Below, one piece after another: positions 1 to 14,800 of a DNA stretch of 64,000 nt. Below the pieces are notes generated by a model that did not search any database, was not told the origin of the DNA, and was given only the letters and a program-made list of their open reading frames with translations. Source of the DNA: the human T2T-CHM13v2.0 reference genome, Homo sapiens; NCBI RefSeq assembly GCF_009914755.1, contig NC_060933.1; one strand, written 5' to 3'. The position numbers were made by a program, and so were the translations under genes. Positions within the stretch are counted from its first letter, which is position 1, and every line of letters starts with the position of its first letter.

Positions 1-261
1 CCCTGCACTCGCGTTGATTCCATTCCATTCCATTCCTTTCCATTCAATAACATTCCATTACAATTCGTTCCATTCCATTCTATTCCGTACCATTCCATTC
101 CATTCCATACCATTCCATTCCATTCCGTTCCGTTCCATTCCGTTCCATTCCATTCCATTCCATTCTATTCGAATTAATTCCATTCCATTCCATTCCATTC
201 CATTCTATTCCATTCCATTGCAATCGAGTTGAATCCATTGCATTTCATTCCATTCCATTCC

Positions 262-276
262 ATTCCGGAAGATTCC
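262..276. promoter_or_regulatory. Perfect three-unit heat shock element nTTCnnGAAnnTTCn (ATTCCGGAAGATTCC); first of ~37 copies in the window
   Basis: Exact match to the HSF1 consensus of alternating nGAAn units. Binding is not demonstrated here. Confidence 0.6.
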
Positions 277-3200
277 ATTCCATTGCATTCCATTCCATTC
301 CATTCCCCTGCACTCGCGTTGATTCCATTCCATTCCATTCCATTCCATTCCATTCCGTTCCGTTCCATTCCATTCCATTCCATTCCATTCCATTCCGTTC
401 TGTTCCATTCCATTCCATTCCATTCTATTCGTGTTAATTCCATTCCATTCCATTCGATTACAATCGAGTTGATTCCATTCCATTCCATTCCATTCCATTC
501 CATTCCATTCCATTCCATTCCTTTCCATTCCATTACGGATGATTCCATTCCATTGCATTCCATTCCATTCCATTCCCCTGTACTCGGGTTGATTCCATTC
601 CATTCCATTGCAATCCATGCCATTCCACTCGTGTTGATTCCATTCTTTCCATTCCATTCAAGTTGAATCCATTCCATTGCATTCCATTCCATTCCATTCC
701 CCTGCAGTCGGGTTGATTCCATTCCATTCCATTCCATTCCATTCCATTCCGTTCCATTCCATTCCATTCCATTCCATTCGGGTTAATTCCATTCCATTCC
801 ATTCCATTCCATTCCATTCCAATCGAGTTGATTCCATTCCATTCCATTCCATTCCATTCCACTCCATTCCGGATGATTCCATTGCATTGCATTCCATTCC
901 CCTGCACTCGGGTTGTTTCCATTCCATTCCACTCCATTCCGTTCCATTCCATTCCATTCCATTGTATTCGGGTTAATTCCATTCCATTCCATTCCATTCC
1001 ATTCCATTCCATTACAATCGAGTTGATTCCATTCCATTCCATTCCATTCCAGTCCTTTCCATTCCATTCCACTCGGGTTGATTCCATTCTATTAGTTTCC
1101 ATTCCATTCCATTCCCTTCCATTCCACTCTGGTTGATACCATTCCTTTCCATTCCACTCGAATACATTCCCTCCTATTCCACTCGGAACGATTCCATTCC
1201 ATTCCATTCCATTCCATTCCATTCCATTCCATTACATTCCATTACATTCCAATCGAGTTGATTCCATTCCATTCCATTCCATTCCATTCCACTCCATTCC
1301 AGTCCTTTCCATTCCATTCCACTCGGGTTGATTCCAATATATTCCTTTCCATTCCATTCCATTCCATTGCAATCGAGTTGATTCCATTGCTTTGCATTCC
1401 ATTCCATTCCATTCCATTCCGGATGATTCCATTCCATTGCATTCCGTTCCATTCCATTCCCATGCACTCGGGTTGATTCCATTCCATTCCACTCCATTCC
1501 GTTCCATCCCATTCCATTGCATTGTATTTGGGTTAATTCCATTCCATTCCATTCCATTCCATTCCATTCCATTCCATTACAATCGAGTTGATTCCATTCA
1601 ATTCCATTCCGTTCCAGTCCTTTCCATTCCATTCCTCTCGGGTTGATTCCATTCTATTAGTTTCCATTCCATTCCATTCCCTTCAATTCCACTCAGGTTT
1701 TTTCCATTCCTTTCCATTCCACTCGAAAACATTCCCTCCTATTCCACTCGGAACGATTCCATTCCATTCCATTCCATTCCATTCCATTCCATTCCATTTC
1801 GTTCCTATCCATTCTATTCCGTATCATTCCATTCCATTCCATTGCATTCCATTCCATTCCATTCCAATCCATGCCATTCCACTCGTGTTGATTCCATTCT
1901 TTCCATTCCATTCAAGATGAATCCATTCCATTGCATTCCATTCCATTCCATTCCATTCCATTCCATTCCATTCCATTCCATTCGGTTCCATTCCATTACA
2001 TTCGGATTGATTCTTTTCAACTCCCTTACTCTCCATTACATTCCATTCCATTCGGATTGTTCCATTCCATTCCATTCCATTCCACTCCATTCCATTGCAC
2101 TCGGGTTGATTCCATTCCATTCCATTGCATTCCATTCCATTCCATTCCTTTCCATTCCAGTCCTTTCCATTCCATTCCACTCGGGTTGATTCCATTCTAT
2201 TAGTTTCCATTCCATTCCATTCCCTTCCATTCCACTCTGGTTGATTCCATTCCTTTCCATTCCACTAGAATACATTCCCTCCTATTCCAATCGGAACGAT
2301 TCCATTCCATTCCATTCCATTCCATTCCATTCCATTCCATTCCATTCCATTCCATTCCATTCCATTTCGTTCCATTCCATTCTATTCCGTATCATTCCAT
2401 TCCATTCCATTCCATTCCATTCCATTCCATTCCATTCCACTCGTGTTGATTTCATTCCTTTCCATTCCATTCGGTTTGAAGGCATTCCATTCCATTCCAT
2501 TCCATTCCATTCCATTCCATTCCATTCCATTCCATTCCATTGTACTCGGGTTGATTCCATTCCATTGCATTCCATTCCATTCCATTGCATTCCATTCCGT
2601 TGCATTCCATTCCATTACATTCGGATTGATTCTATTCAACTCCCTTACTCTCCATTCCATTCCATTCCATTCGGGTTGTTCCATTCCATTCCATTCCATT
2701 CCACTCCATTCCATTGCACTCGGATTGATTCCATTCCATTCCATTCCATTCCATTCCATTCCATTCCATTCCATTCCGGATGATTCCATTCCATTGCATT
2801 CCGTTCCATTACATTCCCCTGCACTCGCGTTGATTCCATTCCATTCCATTCCATTCCATTCAATTCCATTCCATTACAATTCGTTCCATTCCATTCTATT
2901 CCGTACCATTCCATTCCATTCCATACAATTCCATTCCATTCCATTCCATTCCATTCCATTCCGTTCCATTCCGTTCCATTCCATTCCATTCCATTCTATT
3001 CGGGTTAATTCCATTCCATTCCATTCCATTCCATTCCACTCTATTCCATTCCATTGCAATCGAGTTGAATCCATTGCATTTCATTCCATTCCATTCCATT
3101 CCATTCCGGAAGATTCCATTCCATTGCATTCCATTCCATTCCATTCCCCTGCACTCGCGTTGATTCCATTCCATTCCATTCCATTCCATTCCATTCCATT

Positions 3201-3548
3201 CCGTTCCGTTCCGTTCCATTCTATTCCATTCCATTCCATTCCTTCCGTTCCGTTCCATTCCATTCCATTCCATTCTATTCGGGTTAATTCCATTCCATTC
3301 CATTCGATTGCAATCGAGTTGATTCCATTCCATTCCATTCCATTCCGTTCCGTTCCATTCCATTCCTTTCCATTCCATTACGGATGATTCCATTCCATTG
3401 CATTCCATTCCATTCCATTCCCCTGTACTCGGGTTGATTCCATTCCATTCCATTCCAATCCATGCCATTCCACTCGTGTTGATTCCATTCTTTCCATTCC
3501 ATTCAAGTTGAATCCATTCCATTGCATTCCATTCCATTCGATTCCATT

Positions 3549-3568
3549 CGATTGCACTCGGGTTGATT
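3549..3568 (+). other. CGATTGCACTCGGGTTGATT, pHuR98-like chr9 SatIII signature (recurs at ~5241, 7727, 15401, 17178 and in later copies)
   Basis: Reverse complement of AATCAACCCGAGTGCAATCG, which I recall as the Hur98 primer used for 9q12 SatIII transcripts. This is from memory and was not checked. Confidence 0.6.
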
Positions 3569-6500
3569 CCATTCCATTGCATTCCATTCCATTCCATTCC
3601 ATTCCATTCCATTCCGTTCCATTCCATTTCATTACATTCAGATTGATTCTATTCAATTCCCTTACACTCCATTATATTCCAATCCATTCTGGTTGTTTCC
3701 ATTCCATTCCATTCCATTTCACACCATTCCATTGCACTCGGGTTGATTCCATTCCATTCCATTCCATTGCATTCCATTCCATTCCATTCCAGATGATTCC
3801 ATTCCATTGCATTCCTTTCCATTCCATTCCCCTGCACTCGGGTTGATTCCATTCCATTCCATTCCATTAGATTCCGTTCCATTCCATTCCATTCCATTCG
3901 GATTGATTCTATTCAATTCCCTTACACTCCATTACATTCCATTCCATTCGGGTAGTTTCCATTCCATTCCATTCCATTCCTCTCCATTCCATTGCACTCG
4001 GGTTGATTCCATTCCATTCCATTCCATTCCATTCCATTACGTTACATTACAATCCGTTCCATTGTACTCGGGTTGATTCCATTCCATTGCATTCCATTCC
4101 ATTCCATTCCATTCCATTCCATTCCATTCTATTCGGTTTAATTCCATTCCATTCCATTCCATTCCATTCCATTCGATTCCATTCCATTGCAATCGAGTTG
4201 AATCCATTGCATTCCATTCCATTCCATTCCATTCCATTCCGGAAGATTCCATTCCATTGCATTCCATTCCATTCCATTCCATTCCATTCCATTCCATTCC
4301 ATTCCGTTCCATTCCGTTGCATTCCATTCCATTACATTCGGATTGATTCTATTCAACTCCCTTACTCTCCATTACATTCCATTCCATTTGGGTTGTTCCA
4401 TTCCATTCCATTCCATTCCACTCCATTCCATTGCACTCGGGTTGATTCCATTCCATTCCATTCCATTACATTCCATTCCGGATGATTCCATTCCATTGCA
4501 TTCCGTTCCATTACATTCCCCTGCACTCTCGTTGATTCCATTCCATTCCATTCAATTCCATTCAATTCCATTCCATTACAATTCGTTCCATTCCATTCTA
4601 TTCCGTACCATTCCATTCCATTCCATACCATTCCATTCCATTCCATTCCATTCCATTCCGTTCCATTCCGTTCCATTCCATTCCATTTCATTCTATTCGG
4701 GTTAATTCCATTCCATTCCATTCCATTCCATTCTATTCCATTCCATTGCAATCGAGTTGAATCCATTGCATTTCATTCCATTCCATTCCATTCCATTCCA
4801 TTCCGGAAGATTCCATTCCATTGCATTCCATTCCATTCCATTCCCCTGCACTCGCGTTGATTCCATTCCATTCCATTCCATTCCATTCCATTCCATCCAT
4901 TCCGTTCCGTTCCGTTCCATTCCATTCCATTCCATTCCATTCCATTCCGTTCCGTTCCATTCCATTCCATTCCATTCTATTCGTGTTAATTCCATTCCAT
5001 TCCATTCGATTGCAATCGAGTTGATTCCATTCCATTCCATTCCATTCCATTCCATTCCTTTCCATTCCATTACGGATGATTCCATTCCATTGCATTCCAT
5101 TCCATTCCATTCCCCTGTACTCGGGTTGATTCCATTCCATTCCATTCCCATCCATGCCATTCCACTCGTGTTGATTCCATTCTTTCCATTCCATTCAAGT
5201 TGAATCCATTCCATTGCATGCCATTCCTTTCGATTCCATTCGATTGCACTCGGGTTGATTCCATTCCATTGCATTCCATTCCATTCCATTCCATTCCGTT
5301 CCATTCCATTCCATTGCATTCGGATTGATTCTATTCAATTCCCTTCCACTCCATTACATTCCATTCCATTCGGGTAGTTTCCATTCCATTCCATTCCATT
5401 CCTCTCCATTCCATTGCACTCGGATTGATTCCATTCCATTGCATTCCATTCCGTTGCATTCAATTCCATTCAGTTCCATTCCATTCCATTACATTCGGAT
5501 TGATTCTATTCAACTCCCTTACTCTCCATTACATTCCATTCCATTCGGGTTGTTCCATTCCATTCCATTCCATTCCACTCCATTCCATTGCACTCGGGTT
5601 GATTCCATTCCATTCCATTCCATTCCATTCCATTCCATTCCATTCCGGAAGATTTCATTCAATTGCATTCCATTCCATTCCATTCCCCTGCACTCGCGTT
5701 TATTCCATTCCATTCCATTCCGTTCCATTCCATTCCATTCCATTCCGTTCCATTCCATTCCATTCCATTCCATACCAATCCATTCCATTCCGTTCCGTTC
5801 TGTTCCATTCCATTCCATTCCATTCTATTCGGGTTAATTCCATTCCATTCCATTCGATTGCAATCGAGTTGATTCCATTCCATTCTATTCCATTCCATTC
5901 CATTCCTTTCCATTCCATTACGGATGATTCCATTCCATTGCATTCCATTCCATTCCATTCCCCTGTACTCGGGTTGATTCCATTCCATTCCATTCCAATC
6001 CATGCCATTCCACTCGTTTTGATTCCATTCTTTCCATTCCATTCAAGTTGAATCCATTCCATTGCATTCCATTCCATTCCATTACCCTGCAGTCGGGTTG
6101 ATTCCATTCCATTCCATTCCATTCCATTCCATTCCATTCCATTCCGTTCCGTTCCATTCCATTACATTCCATTCTATTCGGGTTAATTCCATTCCATTCC
6201 ATTCCATTCCATTCCAATCGAGTTGATTCCATTCCATTCCATTCCATTCCATTCCACTCCATTCCAGTCCTTTCCATTCCATTCCACTCGGGTTGATTCC
6301 AATGTATTCCTTTCCATTCCATTCCATTCCATTGCAATCGAGTTGATTCCATTGGTTTGCATTCCATTCCATTCCATTCCATTCCGGATGATTCCATTCC
6401 ATTGCATTCCATTCCATTCCATTCCCCTACACTCGGGTTGATTCCATTCCATTCCACTCCATTCCGTTGCATTCCATTCCATTCCATTGTATTCAGGTTA

Positions 6501-9500
6501 ATTCCATTCCATTCCATTCCATTCCATTCCATTCCATTACAATCGAGTTGATTCCATCCCATTCCATTCCATTCCAGTCCTTTCCATTCCATTCCACTGG
6601 GGTTGATTCCATTCTATTAGTTTCCATTCCATTCCATTCCCTTCCATTCCACTCTGGTTGATACCATTCCTTTCCATTCCACTCGAATACATTCCCTCCT
6701 ATTCCACTCGGAACGATTCCATTCCATTCCATTCCATTCCATTCCATTCCATTCCATTCCATTCCATTCCATTTCGTTCCATTCCATTCTATTCCGTATC
6801 ATTCCATTCCATTCCATTCCATTGTACTCGGGTTGATTCCATTCCATTGCATTCCATTCCATTCCATTCCGTTGCATTCCATTCCATTACATTCGGATTG
6901 ATTCTATTCAACTCCCTTAATTTCCATTACATTCCACTCCATTCGGGTTGTTCCATTCCATTCCATTCCATTCCACTCCATTCCATTGCACTGGGGGTGA
7001 CTCCATTCCATTCCATTCCATTCCATTCCGGATGATTCCATTCCATTGCATTCCATTCCATTACATTCCCCTGCACTCGCGTTGATTCCATTCCATTCCA
7101 TTCCATTCCATTCAATTCGATTCCATTACAATTCGTTCCATTCCATTCTATTCCGTACCATTCCATTCCATTCCATACCATTCCATTCCATTCCATTCCA
7201 TTCCATTCCGTTCCATTCCGTTCCATTCCATTCCATTCCATTCTATTCGGATTAATTCCATTCCATTCCATTCCGTTCTATTCCATTCCATTGCAATCGA
7301 GTTGAATACATTGCATTTCATTCCATTCCATTCCATTCCATTCCATTCCGTAAGATTCCATTCCATTGCATTCCATTCCATTCCATTCCATTCCGTTCCA
7401 TTCCATTCCATTCCATTCCATTCCATTCCGTTCCTTTCCATTCCATTCCATTCCATTCTATTCGGGTTAATTCCATTCCATTCCATTCGATTGCAATCGA
7501 GTTGATTCCATTCCATTCCATTCCATTCCATTCCATTCCATTCCTTTCCATTCCATTACGGATGATTCCATTCCATTGCATTCCATTCCATTCCATTCCC
7601 CTGTACTCGGGTTGATTCCATTCCATTCCATTCCAATCCATGCCATTCCACTCGTTTTGATTCCATTCTTTCCATTCCATTCAAGTTGAATCCATTCCAT
7701 TGCATTCCATTCCATTCGATTCCATTCGATTGCACTCGGGTTGATTCCATTCCATTGCATTCCATTCCATTCCATTCCATTCCATTCCATTCCATTCCGT
7801 TCCATTCCATTCCATTACATTCGGATTGATTCTATTCAATTCCCTTACACTCCATCACATTCCATTCCATTCGGGTAGTTTCCATTCCATTCCATTCCAT
7901 TCCTCTCCATTCCATTGCACTCGGGTTGATTCCATTCCATTGCATTCCATTCCATGCCATTCAATTCCATTCCGTTCCATTCCATTCCATTACATTCGGA
8001 TTGATTCTATTCAACTCCCTTACTCTCCATTACATTCCATTCTATTCGGGTTGTTCCATTCCATTCCATTCCATTCCACTCCATTCCATTCTACTCGGAT
8101 TGATTCCATTGCATTCCATTCCATTCCATTCCATTCCGGAGGATTCCATTTCATTGCATTCCATTCCATTCCATTCCCCTGCACTCGCGTTGATTCCATT
8201 CCATTCCATTCTATTCCATTCCATTCCCTTCCTTTCCGTTCCATTCCATTCCATTCCATTCCATTCCATTCCATTCCATTCCTTTCCATTCCATTCCATT
8301 CCATTCCATTCCGTTCTATTCGGGTTAATTGCATTCCATTCCATTCGATTGCAATCGTGTTGATTCCATTCCATTGCATTCCATTCCATTCCATTCCATT
8401 CCATTCCATTCCATTCCATTCCATTCCCTTCCATTCCACTCTGGTTGATTCCATTCCTTTCCATTCCATTCGAATACATTCCCTCCTGTTCCACTCGGAA
8501 CGATTCCATTCCATTCCATTCCATTCCATTCCATTCCATTCCATTCCATTCCATTCCATTTCGTTCCATTCCATTCTATTCCGTATCATTCCATTCCATT
8601 CCATTCCATTCCATTCCATTCCATTGTACTCGGGTTGATTCCATTCCATTGCATTCCATTCCATTCCATTCCATTCCATTCCGTTGCATTCCATTCCATT
8701 ACATTCGGATTGATTCTATTCAACTCCCTTACTCTCCATTACATTCCATTCCATTCGGGTTGTTCCATTCCATTCCATTCCATTCCACTCCATTCCATTG
8801 CACTCAGGTTGATTCCATTCCATTCCATTCCATTCCATTCCATTCCATTCCATTCCATTCCGGATGATTCCATTCCATTGCATTCCGTTCCATTACATTC
8901 CCCTGCACTCGTGTTGATTCCATTCCATTCCATTCCATTCCATTCAATTCCATTCCATTACAATTCGTTCCATTCCATTCTATTCCGTACCATTCCATTC
9001 CATTCCATACCATTCCATTCCATTCCATTCCATTCCATTCCGTTCCATTCCGTTCCATTCCATTCCATTCCATTCTATTCGGATTAATTCCATTCCATTC
9101 CATTCCATTCCATTCCATTGTATTCCATTCCATTGCAATCGAGTTGAATCCGTTGCATTTCATTCCATTCCATTCCATTTCTTTCCATTTCGGAAGTTTC
9201 CATCCCATTGCATTCCATTCCATTCCATTCCATTCCCCTGCACTCGCGTTGATTCCATTCCATTCCATTCCATTCCATTCCATTCCATTCCATTCCGTTC
9301 AGTTCCATTCCATTCCATTACATTCCATTCCATTCCGTTCCGTTCCATTCCATTCCATTCCATTCTATTCGGGTTAATTCCATTCCATTCCATTCGATTG
9401 CAATCGAGTTGATTCCATTCCATTCCATTCCATTCCATTCCATTCCTTTCCATTCCATTACGGATTATTCCATTCCATTGCATTCCATTCCATTCCATTC

Positions 9501-11852
9501 CCCTGTACTCGGGTTGATTCCATTCCATTCCATTCCAATCCATGCCATTCCATTCCATTCCATTCCTTTCCATTCCGTTCCATTCCATTCCATTACATTC
9601 GGATTGATTCTATTCAATTCCCTTACACTCCATTACATTCCATTCCATCCGGGTAGTTTCCATTCCATTCCATTCCATTCCTCTCCATTCCATTGCACTC
9701 GGGTTGATTCCATTCCATTGCATTCCATTCCATTCCATTCAATCCCATTCCGTTCCATTCCATTCAATTCCATTCCGTTCCATTCCATTCCATTACATTC
9801 GGATTGATTCTATTCAACTCCCTTACTCTCCATTACATTCCATTCCATTCGGGTTGTTCCATTCCATTCCATTCCATTCCACTCCATTCCATTGCACTCG
9901 GGTTTATTCCATTCCATTCCATTCCATTGCATTCCATTCCATTCCATTCCGGAAGATTCCATTCCATTGCATTCCATTCCATTCCATTCCCCTGCACTCG
10001 CGTTGATTCCATTCCATTCCATTCCATTCCATTCCATTCCATTCCTTTCCGTTCCATTCCATTCCATTCCATTCCATTCCATTCCAATCCATTCCATTCC
10101 GTTCCGTTCCGTTCCATTCCATTCCATTCCATTCTATTCGGGTTAATTCCATTCCATTCCATTCGATTGCAATCGAGTTGATTCCATTCCATTCTATTCC
10201 ATTCCATTCCATTCCATTCCATTCCTTTCCATTCCATTACGGATGATTCCATTCCATTGCATTCCATTCCATTCCATTCCCCTGTACTCGGGTTGATTCC
10301 ATTCCATTCCATTCCAATCCATGACATTCCACTCGTGTTGATTCCATTCTTTCCATTCCATTCAAGTTGAATCCATTCCATTGCATTCCATTCCATTCCA
10401 TTCCCCTGCAGTCGGGTTGATTCCATTCCATTCCATTCCATTCCATTCCATTCCATTCCATTCCGTTCCATTCCATTCCATTCCATTCCATTCCATTCGG
10501 GTTAATTCCATTCCATTCCATTCCATTCCATTCCAATCGAGTTGATTCCATTCCATTCCATTCCATTCCATTCCACTCCATTCCGGATGATTCCATTCCA
10601 TTGCATTCCATTCCATTCCATTCCCCTGCACTCGGGTTGATTCCATTCCATTCCACTCCATTCCGTTCCATTCCATTCCATTCCATTGTATTCGGGTTAA
10701 TTCCATTCCATTCCATTCCATTCCATTCCATTCCATTCCATTCCATTACAATCTAGTTGATTCCATTCCATTCCATTCCATTCCAGTCCTTTCCATTCCA
10801 TTCCACTCGGGTTGATTCCATTCTATTAGTTTCCATTCCATTCCATTCCCTTCCATTCCACTCTGGTTGATACCATTCCTTTCCATTCCACTCGAATACA
10901 TTCCCTGCTATTCCACTCGGAACGATTCCATTCCATTCCATTCCATTCCATTCTATTCCATTACATTACATTCCAATCGAGTTGATTCCATTCCATTCCA
11001 TTCCATTCCATTCCACTCCATTCCACTCCTTTCCATTCCATTCCACTCGGGTTGATTCCAATATATTCCTTTCCAATCCATTGCATTCCATTGCAATCGA
11101 GTTGATTCCATTGCTTTGCATTCCATTCCATTCCATTCCATTCCGGATGATTCCATTCCATTGCATTCCGTTCCATTCCATTCCCCTGCACTCGGGTTGA
11201 TTCCATTCCATTCCACTCCATTCCGTTCCATTCCATTCCATCGCATTGTATTTGGGTTAATTCCATTCCATTCCATTCCATTCCATTCCATTCCATTCCA
11301 TTACAATCGAGTTGATTCCATTCCATTCCATTCCGTTCCAGTCCTTTCCATTCCAATCCTCTCGGGTTGATTCCATTCTATTAGTTTCCATTCCATTCCA
11401 TTCCCTCCAATTCCACTCAGGTTGTTTCCATTCCTTTCCATTCCACTCGAATACATTCCCTCCTATTCCACTCGGAACGATTCCATTCCATTCCATTCCA
11501 TTCCGTTCAATTCCATTCCATTTCGTTCCATTCTATTCTATTCCGTATCATTCCATTCCATTCCATTCCATTCCATTCCATTCCATTCCATTGTACTCGG
11601 GTTGATTCAATTCCAATGCATTCCATTCCATTCCATTCCATTCCATTCCGTTGCATTCCATTCCATTACATTCGGATTGATTCTATTCAACTCCCTTACT
11701 CTCCATTACATTCCATTCCATTCGGGTTGTTCCATTCCATTCCATTCCATTCCACTCCATTCCATTGCACTCGGGTTGATTCCATTCCATTCCATTCCAT
11801 TCCATTCCATTCCGGATGATTCCATTGCATTGCATTCCGTTCCATTACATTC

Positions 11853-14800
11853 CCCTGCACTCGCGTTGATTCCATTCCATTCCATTCCTTTCCATTCAAT
11901 TCCATTCCATTACAATTCGTTCCATTCCATTCTATTCCGTACCATTCCATTCCATTCCATACCATTCCATTCCATTCCGTTCCGTTCCATTCCGTTCCAT
12001 TCCATTCCATTCCATTCTATTCGAATTAATTCCATTCCATTCCATTCCATTCCATTCTATTCCATTCCATTGCAATCGAGTTGAATCCATTGCATTTCAT
12101 TCCATTCCATTCCATTCTGGAAGATTCCATTCCATTGCATTCCATTCCATTCCATTCCCCTGCACTCGCGTGGATTCCATTCCATTCCATTCCATTCCAT
12201 TCCATTCCGTTCCGTTCCATTCCATTCCATTCCATTCCATTCCATTCCATTCCGTTCTGTTCCATTCCATTCCATTCCATTCTATTCGGGTTAATTCCAT
12301 TCCATTCCATTCGATTACAATCGAGTTGATTCCATTCCATTCCATTCCATTCCTTTCCATTCCATTCCATTCCATTCCATTCCATTCCTTTCCATTCCAT
12401 TACGGATGATTCCATTCCATTGCATTCCATTCCATTCCATTCCCCTGTACTCGGGTTGATTCCATTCCATTCCATTCGAATCCATGCCATTCCACTCGTG
12501 TTGATTCCATTCTTTCCATTCCATTGAAGTTGAATCCATTCCATTGCATTCCATTTCATTCCATTCCCCTGCAGTCGGGTTGATTCCATTCCATTCCATT
12601 CCATTCCATTCCATTCCGTTCCATTCCATTCCATTCCATTCCATTCGGGTTAATTCCATTCCATTCCATTCCATTCCAATCGAGTTGATTCCATTCCATT
12701 CCATTCCATTCCATTCCACTCCATTCCGGATGATTCCATTCCATTGCATTCCATTCCATTCCATTCCCCTGAACTCGGGTTGATTCCATTCCATTCCACT
12801 CCATTCCGTTGCATTCCATTCCATTCCATTGTATTCGGGTTAATTCCATTCCATTCCATTCCATTCCATTCCATTCCATTACAATCGAGTTGATTCCATT
12901 CCATTCCATTCCATTCCAGTCCTTTCCATTCCATTCCACTCGGGTTGATTCCATTCTATTAGTTTCCATTCCATTCCATTCCCTTCCATTCCACTCTGGT
13001 TGATACCATTCCTTTCCATTCCACTCGAATACATTCCCTCCTATTCCACTCGGAACGATTCCATTCCATTCCATTCCATTCCATTCCATTCCTTTACATT
13101 CCAATCGAGTTGATTCCATTCCATTCCATTCCATTCCATTCCACTCCATTCCAGTCCTTTCCATTCTATTCCACTCGGGTTGATTCCAATATATTCCTTT
13201 CCATTCCATTCCATTCCATTGCAATCGAGTTGATTCCATTGCTTTGCGTTCCATTCCATTCCATTCCATTCCGGATGATTCCATTCCATTGCATTCCGTT
13301 CCATTCCATTCCCCTGCACTCGGGTTGATTCCATTCCATTCCACTCCATTCCGTTCCATTCCATTCCATTGCATTGTATTTGGGTTAATTCCATTCCATT
13401 CCATTCCATTCCATTCCATTCCATTCCATTCCATTACAATCGAGTTGATTCCATTCCATTCCATTCCGTTCCAGTCCTTTCCATTCCATTCCTCTCGGGT
13501 TGATTCCATTCTATTAGTTTCCATTCCATTCCATTCCCTTCAATTCCACTCAGGTTTTTTCCATTCCTTTCCATTCCACTCGAATACATTCCCTCCTATT
13601 CCACTCGGAACGATTCCATTCCATTCCATTCCATTCCATTCCATTCCATTCCATTTCGTTCCATTCCATTCTATTCCGTATCATTCCATTCCATTCCATT
13701 CCATTCCATTCCATTCCATTCCATTCCATTCCAATCCATGCCATTCCACTCGTGTTGATTCCATTCTTTCCATTCCATTCAAGATGAATCCATTCCATTG
13801 CATTCCATTCCATTCCATTCCATTCAATTCCATTCCATTCCATTCGGTTCCATTCCATTACATTCGGATTGATTCTTTTCAACTCCCTTACTCTCCATTA
13901 CATTCCATTCCATTCGGATTGTTCCATTCCATTCCATTCCATTCCACTCCATTCCATTGCACTCGGGTTGATTCCATTCCATTCCATTGCATTCCATTCC
14001 ATTCCATTCCTTTCCATTCCAGTCCTTTCCATTCCATTCCACTCGGGTTGATTCCATTCTATTAGTTTCCATTCCATTCCATTCCCTTCCATTCCACTCT
14101 GGTTGATTCCATTCCTTTCCATTCCACTCGAATACATTCCCTCCTATTCCACTCGGAACGATTCCATTCCATTCCATTCCATTCCATTCCATTCCATTCC
14201 ATTCCATTCCATTCCATTCCATTTCGTTCCATTCCATTCTATTCCGTATCATTCCATTCCATTCCATTCCATTCCATTCCATTCCATTCCACTCGTGTTG
14301 ATTTCATTCCTTTCCATTCCATTCGGTTTGAAGGCATTCCATTCCATTCCATTCCATTCCATTCCATTCCATTCCATTCCATTCCATTGTACTCGGGTTG
14401 ATTCCATTCCATTGCATTCCATTCCATTCCATTGCATTCCATTCCGTTGCATTCCATTCCATTACATTCGGATTGATTCTATTCAACTCCCTTACTCTCC
14501 ATTACATTCCATTCCATTCGGGTTGTTCCATTCCATTCCATTCCATTCCACTCCATTCCATTGCACTCGGATTGATTCCATTCCATTCCATTCCATTCCA
14601 TTCCATTCCATTCCGGATGATTCCATTGCATTGCATTCCGTTCCATTACATTCCCCTGCACTCGCGTTGATTCCATTCCATTCCATTCCATTCCATTCAA
14701 TTCCATTCCATTACAATTCGTTCCATTCCATTCTATTCCGTACCATTCCATTCCATTCCATACAATTCCATTCCATTCCATTCCATTCCATTCCATTCCA

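Larger units (their letters stand above)
1..11852 (+). repeat. Higher-order monomer A, copy 1 (11,852 bp; boundary set arbitrarily at window start)
   Basis: Once-per-monomer markers CGAATTAATT (~170) and TTTGAAGGC (~2475) recur 11,852 bp later. A-specific variants: CATTCAATAAC (41), ACTAGAATA (~2264), ACTGGGGGTGACTCC (~6990). Confidence 0.85.

Noticed and set aside
1181-1195. ACTCGGAACGATTCC as a further HSE
   Set aside because: The GAA-to-TTC spacing is 3 bp and the upstream unit is CTC, so it is out of HSE phase.
6988-7006. G-run variant ACTGGGGGTGACTCC as a G-quadruplex or AP-1 site
   Set aside because: It is a single isolated G tract and TGACTCC is not TGACTCA. It is explained as point variants of ACTCGGGTTGATTCC and is useful only as a marker.
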